The notes beneath the pieces are model-generated. The model saw nothing but the letters and a program-made list of their open reading frames with translations. It had not been told where the DNA came from and searched no databases. 64,000 nt of DNA, from assembly GCA_976226885.1 (NCBI GenBank), contig OZ320314.1:94674001-94738000 (forward strand). Direction: 5' to 3'. Made by a program: the position numbers and the translations under genes. This stretch comes from Iphione sp. A-MEVVRFRX5 (Eukaryota). Of the stretch, positions 39,301 to 53,393 are shown piece by piece. Each line of letters begins with the position of its first letter. The first letter of the stretch is position 1.

Positions 39301-41258
39301 CCCAACCAGCTTCCCTCCCCGAATTCTCCCTCAGCACTCCCTGAGCAACCCCCCCCCCCAATCCATCCGGCCGCCACGGTTGTGCACCTGGCTATTGTTA
39401 CCATGGACACGGCGCCACTCATCAATTGTCTCACAGTCGCATCTAAAACCCGCTCACGGTCACGTGAATGTGTTTCTGGCTTGCTGGTAGGGGACGTCTA
39501 CCCTGCCCAGACTCAAATGGAACAGACCTGCCAGATCACTGAACCATTCATAATAACGTGCACTGTGATTTACTAATCCATCCAGCCAATATCAATAATA
39601 TTCTCCTCTTAATTGTCTGTTTATCTCGACCATTGAAGCGTATGAGACGCAAATAATGTATCAGATGTCATGGTGGCATTATATTCATATCAGTATATTG
39701 TGCCATATTATGACAATGGCGGCTGCATGGGATTACATACGAATGCATGATTCATTGATATGACGTCCTTTGGTCGAGCAGATGAAACAAAATTTAATAC
39801 GTATACAAATCTGCATCTTACATCATATCACGCGCTCTACATGACTGGGCCACAGTGATTTAAATGCAGATATGGCACCAGATATGGCTGTTGTTTTGTA
39901 CTGGATACTAGCCATTGGATCCAAATTATACACTTTGAATAAATTGTAGTCACTGGTATAATAGTTCTGTTGTCAAAGTATGTTGGATGTATAAGGGGGA
40001 CCTAGAAGTAATAATATAGTTCTGTACCAGCATTTTACTTATACTACTGACGGACTTAAGATATTCCTATAAAGGAACACATGCCTTAAATGTCCATTTT
40101 GGGAAATCTTTTCTCGTCGGGAAAACACTGCTTTCACAACCATACTTCAGGGTCTTCAACAGACAAGTGAAGGCTGTCATATGTGGGAACCCGTTTGTCT
40201 GGGAGTCTGATAGTCACGTGTTGCCGATAGGCAGCTGCTAATTTACATATACCTCCAGAAGGCAAGTGTCAACTTGGAGAGGTCTCTGAAGACGGGCTTC
40301 AAGGTTAAAGATGGCCCACAGCTGTTTTAATAATACAAGCCAAGAGAGGAGACCCCATCTTCAGAGTGTCTGTTAAAACTGCACAGAGAAAGAAAAATAT
40401 TTTCATTCCAGCGTGACCGTGCCCCCCCGTCACCTGTTCCCTCACGGTCCGTCATCATTTTAATTGAATATCCCGTTTTCGCCACATAAAACTGCACGAG
40501 GTTTTTTAATGTTAAATTGAACCATCTGTTTAAAACATTCAGCACGTTTTGAGACCATTTTGGCCATATTGTTAAAGTAGTGAGACCAGGCTTGTGACCA
40601 ATTTGTTACGTCAACTACTTCTCGGTTGAGATGCGTTGCTTTATTACTGTACGTTAAATATCATAACGGCTGTCTCGACTGTGGTCTTCAGCATATTTGA
40701 AATGTTTAATCGAGGTGCAGCTGCCTTGTTGGGCGGTCAGACCTCACGAACGGATGACACGGTCATTTGAAAGGCAATTCTTAAGTGAAGGTGAAGCCTG
40801 GGGAAGATCTATGGGCGTCGCATTATCCCCGAGAAGCACCATAAATTTCTAGGAAGACACAACATAAATAGATGTAAATGCCTTGGGGACATACGGCACA
40901 AGGGAGGCAAAGAGGAGGGAGGTATGACGGTGAGTGGTATATGTGTGGGCAGGTAGGGCTGTTGTGGACCACCGGAAAAGTTCGCCCTTGAACTGCCCGC
41001 TCACAAAAAAAGAGCGATTCGTGCAGTGGGGTGGTCAGGAACAAACGGTCACGACGGCCTACAAATCACCGTCCTGCCACAGTATATCAATCCGCCGGCG
41101 CATCGTCGACCGTGGCGGTCGCGCTCTCGGCGACCGGACAGTGACAATATGCCGGCCACCTATCTTGTCTACTTGGACCCGCAGACAACGGGATGCACTT
41201 GCTTGGGTTCAAAATGTCAACTGCCCGGAAGCCGGTGGCCTGCCCCTTGCAACTGGTC

Positions 41259-41375
41259 CAGCGAAGACCATAAATAACCCATCAAGACTAAGGACTCGCC
41301 GACGTCGCCTTCGTCGACGACGTCAGGCTCGGGTGTAGGGGGTGGGCCCCCACCCCTCCTTCCATGCGGCCGGTC
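41259..41375. other. Exon-like unit readable only as the un-reversed complement (mirror block)
   Basis: Complement read left to right: TTGACCAG|39 stop-free codons (VASGIYWVVLIPERLQRKQLLQSEPTSPTRGWGGRYAGQ)|GTAAGA. Product not recognised. Confidence 0.35.
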
Positions 41376-44300
41376 CATTCTAGCTGACCGATCAGGGCGC
41401 CGCCCGTCTCCATGACGACTCCACTGGGCTCCCAGTAATGACCATTAAGACATTCTATAGGCTACAGTCGGCCCTGCGCCGTGAGCTGCGGAAAGCGCGA
41501 GCGGTCGTCGGACGGCGCTCGGTATCGCGAGTTAAGGCGGACGCACTTCCTCACTTTCACCCACCAAGATGCAATTGATTTGGCCAGTTGTTTTCGGCTG
41601 AGAACGGTTAATATTTACAAGTCTCTCCTACTGATGAAGCACCAGGCATTCACAGCGTTTCTCTGTGGCCAGGGACGCCTGATCTACAGATGGAATGTTC
41701 CCAGCACAGGGACGACTACAGCCAGCTGTAGGAAGGCCGGGTCCAGTCCCCCCTAATCATTTACCATATATTAATGGTTCCTTAAGGAGGTACGTTCCGC
41801 GCTCTGCCAATAGGTGAAGTGTCCGGACCTATTGGCTGCGGTCAGATCGAGGAGGGGAACAATGAGCTATAGTTACTGCAGGTTGCATTGGTGGGGGTCA
41901 AATAACGGAGAACGTCATGGTGTGAAAGGCTAGGGCCTCATTGTCGAGTAACCTCGGTGACCTGTCAGTGATTAGTGTCCTTTAATCATCAGTCCGAACC
42001 ACCTCCATGTCATCAGCATTATACCAGCACGGTCATCAATCGATGGCGCCCATACATATATGCAACGAGACATGGGAAAATGCACAGCACGTCAGCAAGT
42101 GCTGTCGCCTCACTGTCTCTTTGTATAGAGCCATGGAGCTTGATAAGTTCCCGTCGCCATACCTGACTGATCTTTGACACTCGCAACGTTTTCGCCGACT
42201 TGTGAACTATTGTCTGCCCGGCGTGTAGAGAGAAGCTAAGACAAATATTCGACAACGGGCCGCCTGCCTAGTATATAAGTCCACAATGGTTTCCATCCGA
42301 CCTAAGCTTGATTGACAGCCCTCCTCACGGGCTTCGTCCGTTAATTGCATTTCGTCATATGAGGCATGTCACGCGGCAACGTCCGTGTACAATATGACGG
42401 CCTCCGGGAGTACTCACGTATCGTTTAAAACTGCACGAAAGGGTGACCTGTCCCTGGCCAGCAGGTCCCGCTGCTGATGAGGGTGAGTGAGGATGGTGGA
42501 CATGGTGAAGACAATGCATATCACTCAAAACCCAGTTTGAACCAATGTCGCATGAAGAGTGTCCGTTCGCGGCGACGAAACGCCTGCAGCGACGAAATTT
42601 GCACGCTGTCACGTCGTAGGCAAACAGTTCTTCCATGACAGATGAGAGAAACAATATTGTTGCCTTCTGTCCTTGGGCTAACGGTGCCTTCTCACGAGTC
42701 GAACATTGACAATTGTTTTTTCTTTCTTGCCGCTCCCTGTTTCATGCCTTTGTGCATGTTTTCCTTCTATAACGGCTAGGTGTGACCTTCGTCACTGTGT
42801 CAGAGTAGCTAGTGTGATTGGGTACACGGACTTTGCTGACAATGCTTAACACTACAAAGATACGTTACATGTATGAAACAAATATGCTTGTGACGCACTG
42901 CATGTGCTAGCACAAGTTAGACATTTTCCCGAATATCATCATTCTTATTAAATATCATAAAGTAATGTTCCAACAAGCATACTCGTTATGTTCTACCGCA
43001 GCGCGACAAAACGACGCTGTGGAATACTGCTTATTGAAACACCTTCATACCGTGGGAAGAGTTCGTCGGTGCCTTCCCTTTGAACACGACACCAAAACTT
43101 TCTCCCAATGGCCGCTTCTTGGATGGGTTTCCTAGGGTTCATCCATCACTTCAGGGAAGCGGCATCCCCTATGGTGATGCTATCTGGCTGATTACCTCTG
43201 AGAAGTTGTGCCAGCCAGCTGATCAATACCCTAGATATAGTAAAGATGACAAAGGCCGGTCTAAAATTACCGAGCACTAGCCCCTAGATAACCTCTTGGC
43301 ATGGCAATGACTTTCACGAAGCTATGAATCTAAGAACGTCATATTTATGTATATAATACATAAATATGGCTTTGTCATAACAGTAGTCAACGACTAGGTC
43401 CTATCCGTAAATGATTTTTAGTATTGAAAACCATGGAATTGAGATCATTGTAAAACGGTTCATCCTCTTGTACATATGCATTATTACGTTAGTTTTCAAG
43501 TTAACGCTTTTGTAGTTTTTATCGTTTCCCTGCCTGACAAAGGCATTTCTGTCCTTGTAAACGTTTACTGGCTCGCAAGTTTCACTGCCTAAAGATTAGC
43601 AATGTTATATATTGAAAAGTTAAGTATGCACTACACGTAAACATGTTACATTCAGTTACAAAAATAGGCATACACATGCATGTACATGTACATGTCCTTC
43701 TTATCTGCAAACCAGACAGGATCATTTCTACGAGTATAGGTTAAGCAAGACGAACGTAAGAACATTTTTCTCGATTTCAACAATAATACTACACGTGTTC
43801 TTTTACTGTCTTCACAGTCGAATGCGTTCATGGGAATTGTGTAAACGCCACTGACAGTTATGTCAATCATTTAGAACTGAAATGCCATAGAGCACACTAT
43901 GGCATTTCCCTCTCTTTTCTCCGGCGATATTTATCAAACAAGCTCCAAATACTAGGAGGATGAATGCAAATCAGTGCTCTTTGGAAATAATGGCTTTACA
44001 TAACCTTGGATTGTACTACTTTTGTACTTGCGCCGCAGTATTGGGAAGGGCAAGGAGAAGCTACTGCTGAAACCTACTGTAAACGTGCACCTCTCTGAAG
44101 ATTCGTGGCTCACTTATTTATATGATATAAACCTCTAGGTTTCTATGATTCCCATTTGGTTAATCTCGGTGGGTATACATCCATTTTAAGCTCTAAAGTG
44201 ACAATCTTCAACTTTATCTTTGCAGGAATCAGATTCTGTTTTGTACGGAAACAGTTTTCTCCTTACGATAAAACAGAATATACCGATTAGAGGACACATT

Positions 44301-44684
44301 TGCCCACTTACACATGCTACTTTAGATATTTTATTTTCGCCCTCTATGCGAATAGTACCATTACGTGCAATTCCGTGCACCGAGGAACCCAGCGGGAACC
44401 CTATATATCGACTTAAATGTGTCAACTAATTGATACATCTAAGGGCTACACCTGAACAAAATGTCTAATGAATTTCAAATCCACGAAAAGAGAGAGCAGA
44501 GGCTTGGGAAAACAGGTTCCCTGTGTCAACAATTACCTTTACACGGTCTTTGATTTGCACCGTGACGGACAAGGTGCTATAGAAAAGAAAACAAACACAA
44601 AAGTCTAAATGTGCTCGTACCGTCATCCACTGCTAGGGGTCGGGGCGACTGGGGCGCGTTCTTTACGCATCTCATTATGCAGAT

Positions 44685-44697
44685 GCCGGCCATCTTG
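44685..44697 (-). promoter_or_regulatory. YY1-like motif
   Basis: Minus strand CAAGATGGCCGGC versus the YY1 consensus CAAGATGGCGGC. Confidence 0.35.
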
Positions 44698-47600
44698 TTG
44701 GTAAGAGTGCATCAGCTCCTCTTTGGAGGCCTACTCATTGAGGGGCTTAAGAGGAAATATTCATGAAGCACCGCATGTTTTGAAGCAAGGTCCATATTGG
44801 TCCCAGCCACTTCGCGTGTGTAGTATATATTAGCCATCATTAGCCACTGTATGATATGCTTGATCTCCTGGTCTTATAAACAAATCTGGACCCTGTTCCC
44901 TTGTCCATGTGGTTTATCTTGCATATGGGTCGACGCTACCGTGATGGGTTCCAACATCCACCTCGCCGTGATATGTACTGTTAGCTGCACGATACGGTAG
45001 AGAAAGCAGACTTGTTTCGATAAGTTTTCATACCCAACATTGAGACGGACATGGTCCTCTTAACATTCAGGATGGCATTATTGACAAAAAAATCTTAGGA
45101 CTTATCGGAGCAATGGTTATCTTTTCGTTATTGCCTAATGTGGCTGTTTTACTTCCCCACCGTGAGAACATATCATAGAATTCATTGAATCGCCCTCAAG
45201 TATGAAATATTATAGCAATGCAGCGTCAGGCTATAAACGTGAAGTGATAATTACTCCTAAACGGTCCTTGGACAAAGGCACTGGAATCACATATAGGTTC
45301 CTTTTCTGTTCGACAACTTCAGGAAGGGGAGAACGACCTGTTTTATGGACGGAGGCGAACATTTGCATCACAGTTCAAATCACCAGGGCCCATTAATGAC
45401 ACCTTGTTGCGTGCGTTAAGTGCTGAATTTCCCAACAGGTTGCATGTGCCCTGGACGGGTCGCAAGGCCTTTGCCGCCATACGAATGCTGCCCGTTTACA
45501 AAGGCCGTCAGCTGCTCCAGGAAGAACCACACTGACCCGGAAGAAGCGTGGGTGTTGACATTTCAGGACTACCTTACCGCCAGCACCCCCCCCCCCCTCC
45601 ATACCTTCCTCTCTCCACCTGGACGGGGCCAATGCAAACTAACATTAATCGTTGTGCAATATGACATTGTACTCTGCTTGGGTGCCCATTTTTGGCAAGC
45701 TTCTGTTGAGAAAGGGTTAAATTATGGCAGGTTGGGACCCGGGTGCTGACTCCTGTTCCGTCAACTGTGAAACCAACGTCGCTGACGCCGCCGACGTCAC
45801 CCCCTCGCGTGTCAGCCCGCCGACATGTTGCCAGGCGACCGCCCAGCGCGTGGATCAAAATGGCATTAATTCATATCAGCCTGCAAAGGCAGGCTGGCTA
45901 ATTCGACGCCCAATCATTACGTATCAATGACCCGCCAATGACTCGGCCGTGCGGCAACCCTGGCCCGCGGGCGATGAGACTGGCGCGGCAGCCAGGTTTA
46001 GCTACCGGTATACAATCATGTACATGTACATTGACATGTAAAGGTATTCCGTGGGGGAGGCAGGGGCAGTAGACGGGTTGGCGGGATAAACCAGGCAAGA
46101 CTACAGCCAAATAAATATGAAACCCACTTTTAGTCGGCGTATTTGTTGACTGTCGGAACACCCTAGTCGTAGGTTGGTATCAGAGTTGCACAAAATGCAA
46201 AATTGTTGGCAGGTGTTGGGAGGGTCGGAGACAGCATTTGAAAAGTCAAGCTTTAGGGTACCACCTGCTATACATGTATTTCTAGACCCTTACTGATTTA
46301 TCGAAGGTCTTTATGCCTAAGAGTGGCATATACAATTGTTTTCGAAATTTTGTGTTGTGCGGGTTTTGCCGCCACAAATACGAGCTGGGTTGGGTTGCTG
46401 CAATTCCTCGGAGAACAAATTGGGTGAGATCAGTCTGTGTAAACAGTGAAGATAGTGTCAACTCTACCAGCTGCAACATCGCTTATGTTTTCAGCTGAGA
46501 AAAGGTATTCTTACTTAGGGCCAATTTCCATCCATGTGTTTGTTTCTATGATTAATTTGAGAGTTTGACCTGTTGACACCTTGATGAAATACCATTCATG
46601 CAAGTAAGAGTCTCCCCGGCTACCCTACATTACCATACAGAAGATGATGACACCATGGGCAATTTTATCACAGTGCAAATGCAAACACTCGACACAAATA
46701 CATAAATGGAAACTGTACCTTACACTCTGAATGAAAATGAGGACATGGTTTAAAATTGTCTTAATGCATTGTGTCTCTGTTATAGATGAGAAGCTGGTCT
46801 GGCAGGGTCTGAAATATAAATAGATGGATGTGTATTGTGGTCAGGATTCCATCAAGATTACATTATCTTTTGGGCGATCTTGTGCTTTTGACAATATATT
46901 TTATATTACATTAGATTTACAGAGTCAGACTCTCTTGTTCCTGAGGTCTCGACCGGGTGACCATGCATCACTAAAGTAAACAAACCTGCTCAATGCACTT
47001 GTTTCACAGCCAGTGACTTTATGTCACCAAAAAATGACCCAGTTGTGTATGCAAACAAACTACAGAGCGGGCTCGTTTTCAGAGCTTTTTTATGACTTCA
47101 CGTAGCACTCATCTCAGCCTGTCACGATAAAACTTTTTTTAAAATATGTCATTCTCCATAACAACATGTTGCCATGAGAGGTGCACCTTGGCGTGTGCTT
47201 TGGGAGTCACGAGGGCGTAACAAAGTGCTCCTGAGCTGTGTGTGTGTGGGGGGGGGCGTTGGTGGGTCAATTGGAGTTAAGAAAATTGTAGAGCTGGTGA
47301 TAATTCAAAAGCTAAAACCGTCTGTAAATTCTTAATTATGATACACATACTTATTTATGAGAGAATACCGACAATAGAAGTAGCCTGTGGGTCATATTGA
47401 TAGTTTATTCCTATCCTTGGTTGAAGCAGGCAAGGGGAATTTGCCCCCCCCCCCTCCAATCTATTTTTCTACGCTTCTGAACCATTGTTGACGGCGATGG
47501 CTTTCGCTCCCCTCCTTATGGCATGGACATGTAAACGAACAGAAGGTGTCTTTATCCTCTAAGAGTGGTTATGTTGAGGCAGAATACTGTGGAGGTTATT

Positions 47601-47904
47601 TTTGCAGACCTCTAATTTTTACGATGTATATGCGTCAACCGAAAATTTAAGAACGTATAGGTACTGAGAAAAAATAGACTTAATTAGAACTAAGCGTTAT
47701 GATTCTAATCCGTACCTTGAAAGAATTGCCTACTTTGAACAACATGTATTGTCTCCGAGCTTGCATCTACAAAAATATTAATTTCTCTCTTAAACGGAGG
47801 ACTGGTGCCAACATTACCAACTGTCAATGTATGCTGGACATTTTCACCTGTTACTACAAAACCGCCGGTAACCAGCGACGCTCACGCCACCAACATTTGT
47901 CGCT

Positions 47905-47920
47905 CCCACCAGGAGGCGCC
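47905..47920 (+). promoter_or_regulatory. CTCF-like motif
   Basis: CCCACCAGGAGGCGCC, close to CCACCAGGGGGCGC. Confidence 0.4.
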
Positions 47921-49816
47921 CGCATAGCGCCACCTTACGTTATCGTTACGCAGTGGAAGAGAATAGGAGGCGCTCGTGTGTCAATCTTTCTAGGGTGCAT
48001 ACAACTGGGACCAAGTTACCAAAAAAAATCTGCATAGTGCAAGTCATTTATTACGCAAAGTCCTCGTGCACTTAATCACAAATATCGTTCAGAAAGATGT
48101 CTGTATCCTATCATTGTACATGTATTCACTGTTAGTCCCCCTATGAGAAATTTTTAAGCCGATTTTTTTCAAATGAAGTAAAGATATTTTGAAAAATCAA
48201 GATTGTGGAATACTCCGATTAAACCGTGTACCTGTCCAGTGCACCACGCTGCCTCTCGCTGCTGCGCATGCCCCATCGATTAACATGTAGGACCTGTATC
48301 ATGTCATGTAGATGTATATACCATACACGAGCGAATGGCGCATGACATTAAAAGATACCTTAATAAAACCTATCCCTCACTTATTGATCTAAAAGTACGG
48401 GTAGGATTTAATTCATATTTGTGTATTCCATCCGCGTTGGGGCACATACGTGTCCCCTTATTCGAGTTAGTAGTGACGGAGTTAAAGGAATATTAGCGTC
48501 TGGGCACTTTAACCCTGCAGGCAGTTTGACACGTAGAGAACGTTAACAAAAGAGCACAGATGGCTTGCTGTGCATGATCGGCGTAATTTGCGCCCTATAG
48601 ATCATTTTTTTCTTCCCAGTTCGAACATCAGGGAAACTGCCATACCGCAGAAAAAGAAGTATCTCGGATGACAGATTGACATATGGGGACTACGCCTTAC
48701 ATTCAAAGTCAATTAGCCGTTTTCGTCCGTGACGTTAACAGAAGATCTAATGATGGTGATTAAACTGTAACCGTTTAAAGTCACTTGTGGGAGTTTTTTT
48801 TTCCTAATCACTGATAACACCTGCGATCTTGGTAGTTGGCGCTTCTAGCCACTGACGTCTTTCCATTATGGAGACGACCCTTTCTAAGATCAAATCAGGC
48901 TTCTATGTGAATCCGGAATCTTTGGAGCCGACCTCTTCACCCTTAAAATCCTTCGTGTTTCTGCTTCGCTAAGCATATCAGGACGGCATATAGTGTAAGG
49001 AGCTTCTGCCCGGGTTCAAAATCGTCCTGTGCCTCCCGGTCCTCCAAACGTTTAGCCTCAGTGCTGAAGCAACCCGCTTAACTCGACCCATACCACTCTG
49101 TGTTCATGCCCTGCCATCCCAGCTAGCTCTACTACATACTGCTATGGTGAGCGACATGTCCGAGGTAAACTTATTCGCAAATTTCACAGGTCTGTACAAG
49201 AGCAGTAGTACTTCATGACAAAAATCGCTGCGTCGCATCAAATATCCAAAGCAGGAGGAAAAGACCTGCGCTGTTTTGCCTCTGGTTGGGTATCTATCTG
49301 ACTATAATTAATGAGAAATTTTATTATTGGTCATTGAACTGCAGGACATGCCTCGTGTTGCACATGTTACATGCGTATATATTTCGAGGGAATTAAACTT
49401 AACCCCGAGAGGCAAGATTCTCCATATTCTGTCATGGTTGGGAACCTCTGTAAAAATTGTCGGGATTTGATTCCCTGCGCTGTTATCGGTCTGGCGTACC
49501 GATATCTACGTGACTATGACGGCTCCGCCATGACACTTCGACTTCCTGCTCCTGGCGCAGGCAGGTCACGTGGCCCGAGCCAAACCCCAGGGCGAAAGGC
49601 GTAGGGTCGTCGATTGTGTATTGATAGACCAGGCAAGAGGGGCGGAGGCGGCGTACAAAAAGTCTCCTTTACGTGCGGACTCAGGTGGAAGATTTGAACG
49701 CATGTGAAATTACCTAACGCTGACCCCACATGATGTGTCGCCCTACATGCTGCCTCTTGAACGAGGTGGCCGTGGTGGGGACTACCAGGGTGGAGTTCAT
49801 AATAAGAGGGAAATGA

Positions 49817-49818
49817 CT

Positions 49819-49884
<66 letters not shown>
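49817..49884. repeat. (TC)n microsatellite
   Basis: About 68 bp of near-perfect CT dinucleotide repeat with one interruption (CC near 49837). Confidence 0.97.
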
Positions 49885-49886
<2 letters not shown>

Positions 49887-52800
49887 CGTGAAAACGCGTA
49901 TGTTGTAAAAGATGGACAGCATCATTTTGTGGTATATCGCAGGGTCGAGTGTTTTACATCAGCGCGCACGACAGCGTACCGTCGTGAAATAGCATGTACA
50001 TGTTTCTGTATTTGGCCACTGCACAAAGTACATGGATGGAGAGATTTTAGACTTGTCTGTTCAAGGGTTTTACACAGAAGTTATACCAAGGAGATTTGTC
50101 TACACTGGATGATGTAATGACAATACAAGACACGCCCGAAACCAACCAAAACTCAGTTCTAAATGGCAGAGCGCAGTTATTTTTATATACAGTATCATAG
50201 ATTCTAAGGTTTTAAGTATAATATATAGAACACAGTGAACGCAATCCGAGGCAACACAGATGGTGTCGTTGATCGGAAGTAAACACGTTTATAGCTCATC
50301 TACTGCGAACTGAAGTGGCAGTTACTCCTCCATCTCAGGTCACTGATCATATGCCTACTGCTTGAGTAAAGGGCCATGTAAAATATCACGCAAGGCACCG
50401 CGACTCCTAACCCTGCATTATCCTGAACTGATGTCCCATCGGTTTAGGGGTGCATTCGCCAACAGAGGAAATCTATCCAACCCAAGTAGCATCAGCACCA
50501 TTTCAAATAAAATGAAATGCAGAGTGGTCCACCACTTGTAAAAAGGCCATTGGTGTATAGGATTCTGTCCCTTATGTTCCAGAAACCTATTCAAAATAAG
50601 AGTAGGGGGCAAGCCCGGGTATTCTGGTCTCTAAATTCTAAATAATAGATGTCAGCATGCTACCCCTGGAGGTTAAGGAAGAACCCTGTCATATGATAGG
50701 TGAATATCTAGTTCCTGATAAAAGATATAATGAAGTGAAATGAACCCTTTTGGGTACACTACTTGGTTTATATACATTTGTACCTACTTTTATCCAGACA
50801 TGCATCTATATGTATGTCCATATACATGTATGCAGGCTTTGCTTCACACTAGCTCATTGTGTTTCTTTGGCTAAATTTGTACATACAGATGAATATCCAT
50901 AAACACGTAAAGAAAGTCAGTAAATGTAAGTTCCCAAGACGCAAGTTCTCCTTACCACAAGAGAACATCGTTGAATGTCGGAATGTGTCCCTGTCAGGGG
51001 ATGATATATTGACTATAGTATACTTGTACACGTAAGTGATGGATAACTTACCTCGGAGGAGGGCTTCAGGGATAGCTCCTTGTCTGACTGCTGGCCTCTA
51101 TGGTAGTGAGTGACCTTTTCGTTTGTCGGGTTCTAACAAGGAGCTGTCACTGCTCTTTTTAGTGTTTGGTACGGTGGCCAACCACTAATAATCACCACTG
51201 TCCTTGTCGCCTTGCTCTGATCCCTCTGCCTCTAGCAGCTAGGCTAAAGAAACAGCTTGACCAAACCGTGACGAGGGTGAGAGTTTTTCACACCATTACC
51301 AACGAGTCCCATCTGCGCCACCTGGAAGCTGCTGTGGACATCGGCAGACTTGCCCGCCCCCCGGCATTGAGGGAGAAGTTCACTTAGCTGCGGCGATCAC
51401 CTGACGACGGCCAAGTATCCCTGCTCATCAGGCAACAGACACCTTTCCGTAGGGGCAAACTGTCAAGAAAGGGCGGTCCCTCACCTGTGGTGGAGGCTGC
51501 CACTTCGCCAGAGGCAGGTGACCTTTTTACTTGACTCTCACGCCTTGCGTAACGAGAGAAGGAGTGACGAGATGAACAACGAAGGGATCATTTGGTGAAA
51601 CTTGAGGTATACCGGACTAAATGGATTAATCTGTACACGTGTAACTGGTCGAAAGGTTCTACTAGTTTATTTTCTATTATTACGAATGAACAGGGGTTGA
51701 AGACGAACGTTATTTTGAAAAGAGGCATCACTTTGGAGTTCGTGAATAAATAACCATTGTTGAATAAGGTTTTTAAAAAAAATTAAGAGAAAATGCATTT
51801 TGCAAGTTGTGAAAAGGTCTCCAATTTCATTTCAAAACGAACTGAAGAGAATCACGGTACCTATTGAACGACTTCTGCCTTCAGTTACACAGTGTCATTC
51901 ACGCTCTTTCAAATTTGTTTATCATGATTTCAAAATGCCATGAATGTCCTTAACATGAGGTCATAATGCAAAGGAAATACGGCCAACATTCTATTGTGGC
52001 GGTAATTAGCATATGGTTGAAATTGCTTTTGCAATTTGTCGGAGGAATTTGCTGACACAAAAGGGACCATAAGTTGCCATTCAGTTTTTTTTCAAAACAA
52101 TTAACTTTCCGTCATATGGAATCGTGATGATGTTACTAATTATCCCGGGGAAATTCAATAAGAGCAGATGGAAAAATGGGTACTGGGGGAGCGTATTATT
52201 ATGGGGTAATATCCCCGGAGGGCAGGTGGCTTTCCTAACATTTGCAGTGCTACATGATATAGCTTTCTGGTCACTGAAGGCCTCATAACAACTCCCAGCA
52301 GTATATTTCTTAGACAAATTTCAATGTCTTTGATAGTTTCCGTCCACTTAAATAGTTTCCGTCCATATAAAATAACTTCAGTGTGAGAATTATCTTTCAT
52401 AAAGTACATAGAATCTCTCTCTCTCTTCGCACATACAGAGAAATACTCTGGGGCAATAGAGGGGCTCTGCATCCCTGTTTGTATGTGGTTTCTAAAGGCC
52501 GATCGTATACCATCAACCTCTCTGACGAGGTGCTAACGTGCTGCTTTTGTCGCGAACTTGTGGCTCATCCGCGCGAACGCCATGAAAACGGCGGCCAGGA
52601 GAACACGGGTGGCGCACGCGTTGAAAACACGATCATTATCACTCAGTGCTCAAGGTATACCCGCCTATTTAGTCACCTCCTCTGACGGTCTTGTTACGAG
52701 AGGTCTTCCAAACCGAGAAGAAGTGTCTGTGGCGAACAGCAGTTTACGTCCGCAATAGACAGTTGGAGACAGGCCTTCATGCTACATGGTATTTACCCTA

Positions 52801-53393
52801 CCAGTAATCAGGTTTACACTTCTTTTTTATATGTTTTTTTACCGCGCGGTCACCATCACAAGATAATGCGTGTGTATGAATATGTTTTGAAACTACGCAT
52901 GTAAAAATGGTGCACATGTGAAGTAACGTTTTGCTTACGTCATACCTTTGTAATTAAAATGATGTCGCCATGAGAAATTTCTCATTTGAATGAGAGGAAA
53001 AATTATCAGAGAACATTATGCACGTGGCAATAAGGACACGTCATGAAACGTAGTATTGGATATCTGTAAGTTTCCTGGCCGGAATAAATAAACGTACATG
53101 CAACACATTTCAACTCATAATACGTCAACTTAACGGGTACTGATCAGCTATTATCCATTGTGCTATTGATATTGGTTTATTACCGAGTTACGATTTATGA
53201 CTTAAAGAAGCCGTTTTCCCCAAAACATACATATCAATGTTGATTTATAAGAAATATGCATCTAACTTTGGGCTGAACTTTACACCAACAACACTTTCTA
53301 CAGTATGGTGGGACACCATGGACTTACTCTGATGGTTAAGGATATTTATGACATTAAAAATTGACCCCCTAGACATCTACCGGAACGTAAATA

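Noticed and set aside
41278-41340. As-given Ser/Thr-rich coding stretch KTKDSPTSPSSTTSGSG
   Set aside because: In-frame TAA immediately upstream and no good acceptor; the complement reading explains the segment better.
50493-50508. miR-29-like sequence CAGCACCATTTCAAAT
   Set aside because: Partial match with mismatches, and no hairpin partner was seen.
52333-52365. Short tandem duplication ATAGTTTCCGTCCA x2
   Set aside because: Ordinary 19-bp slippage duplication with no further significance evident.
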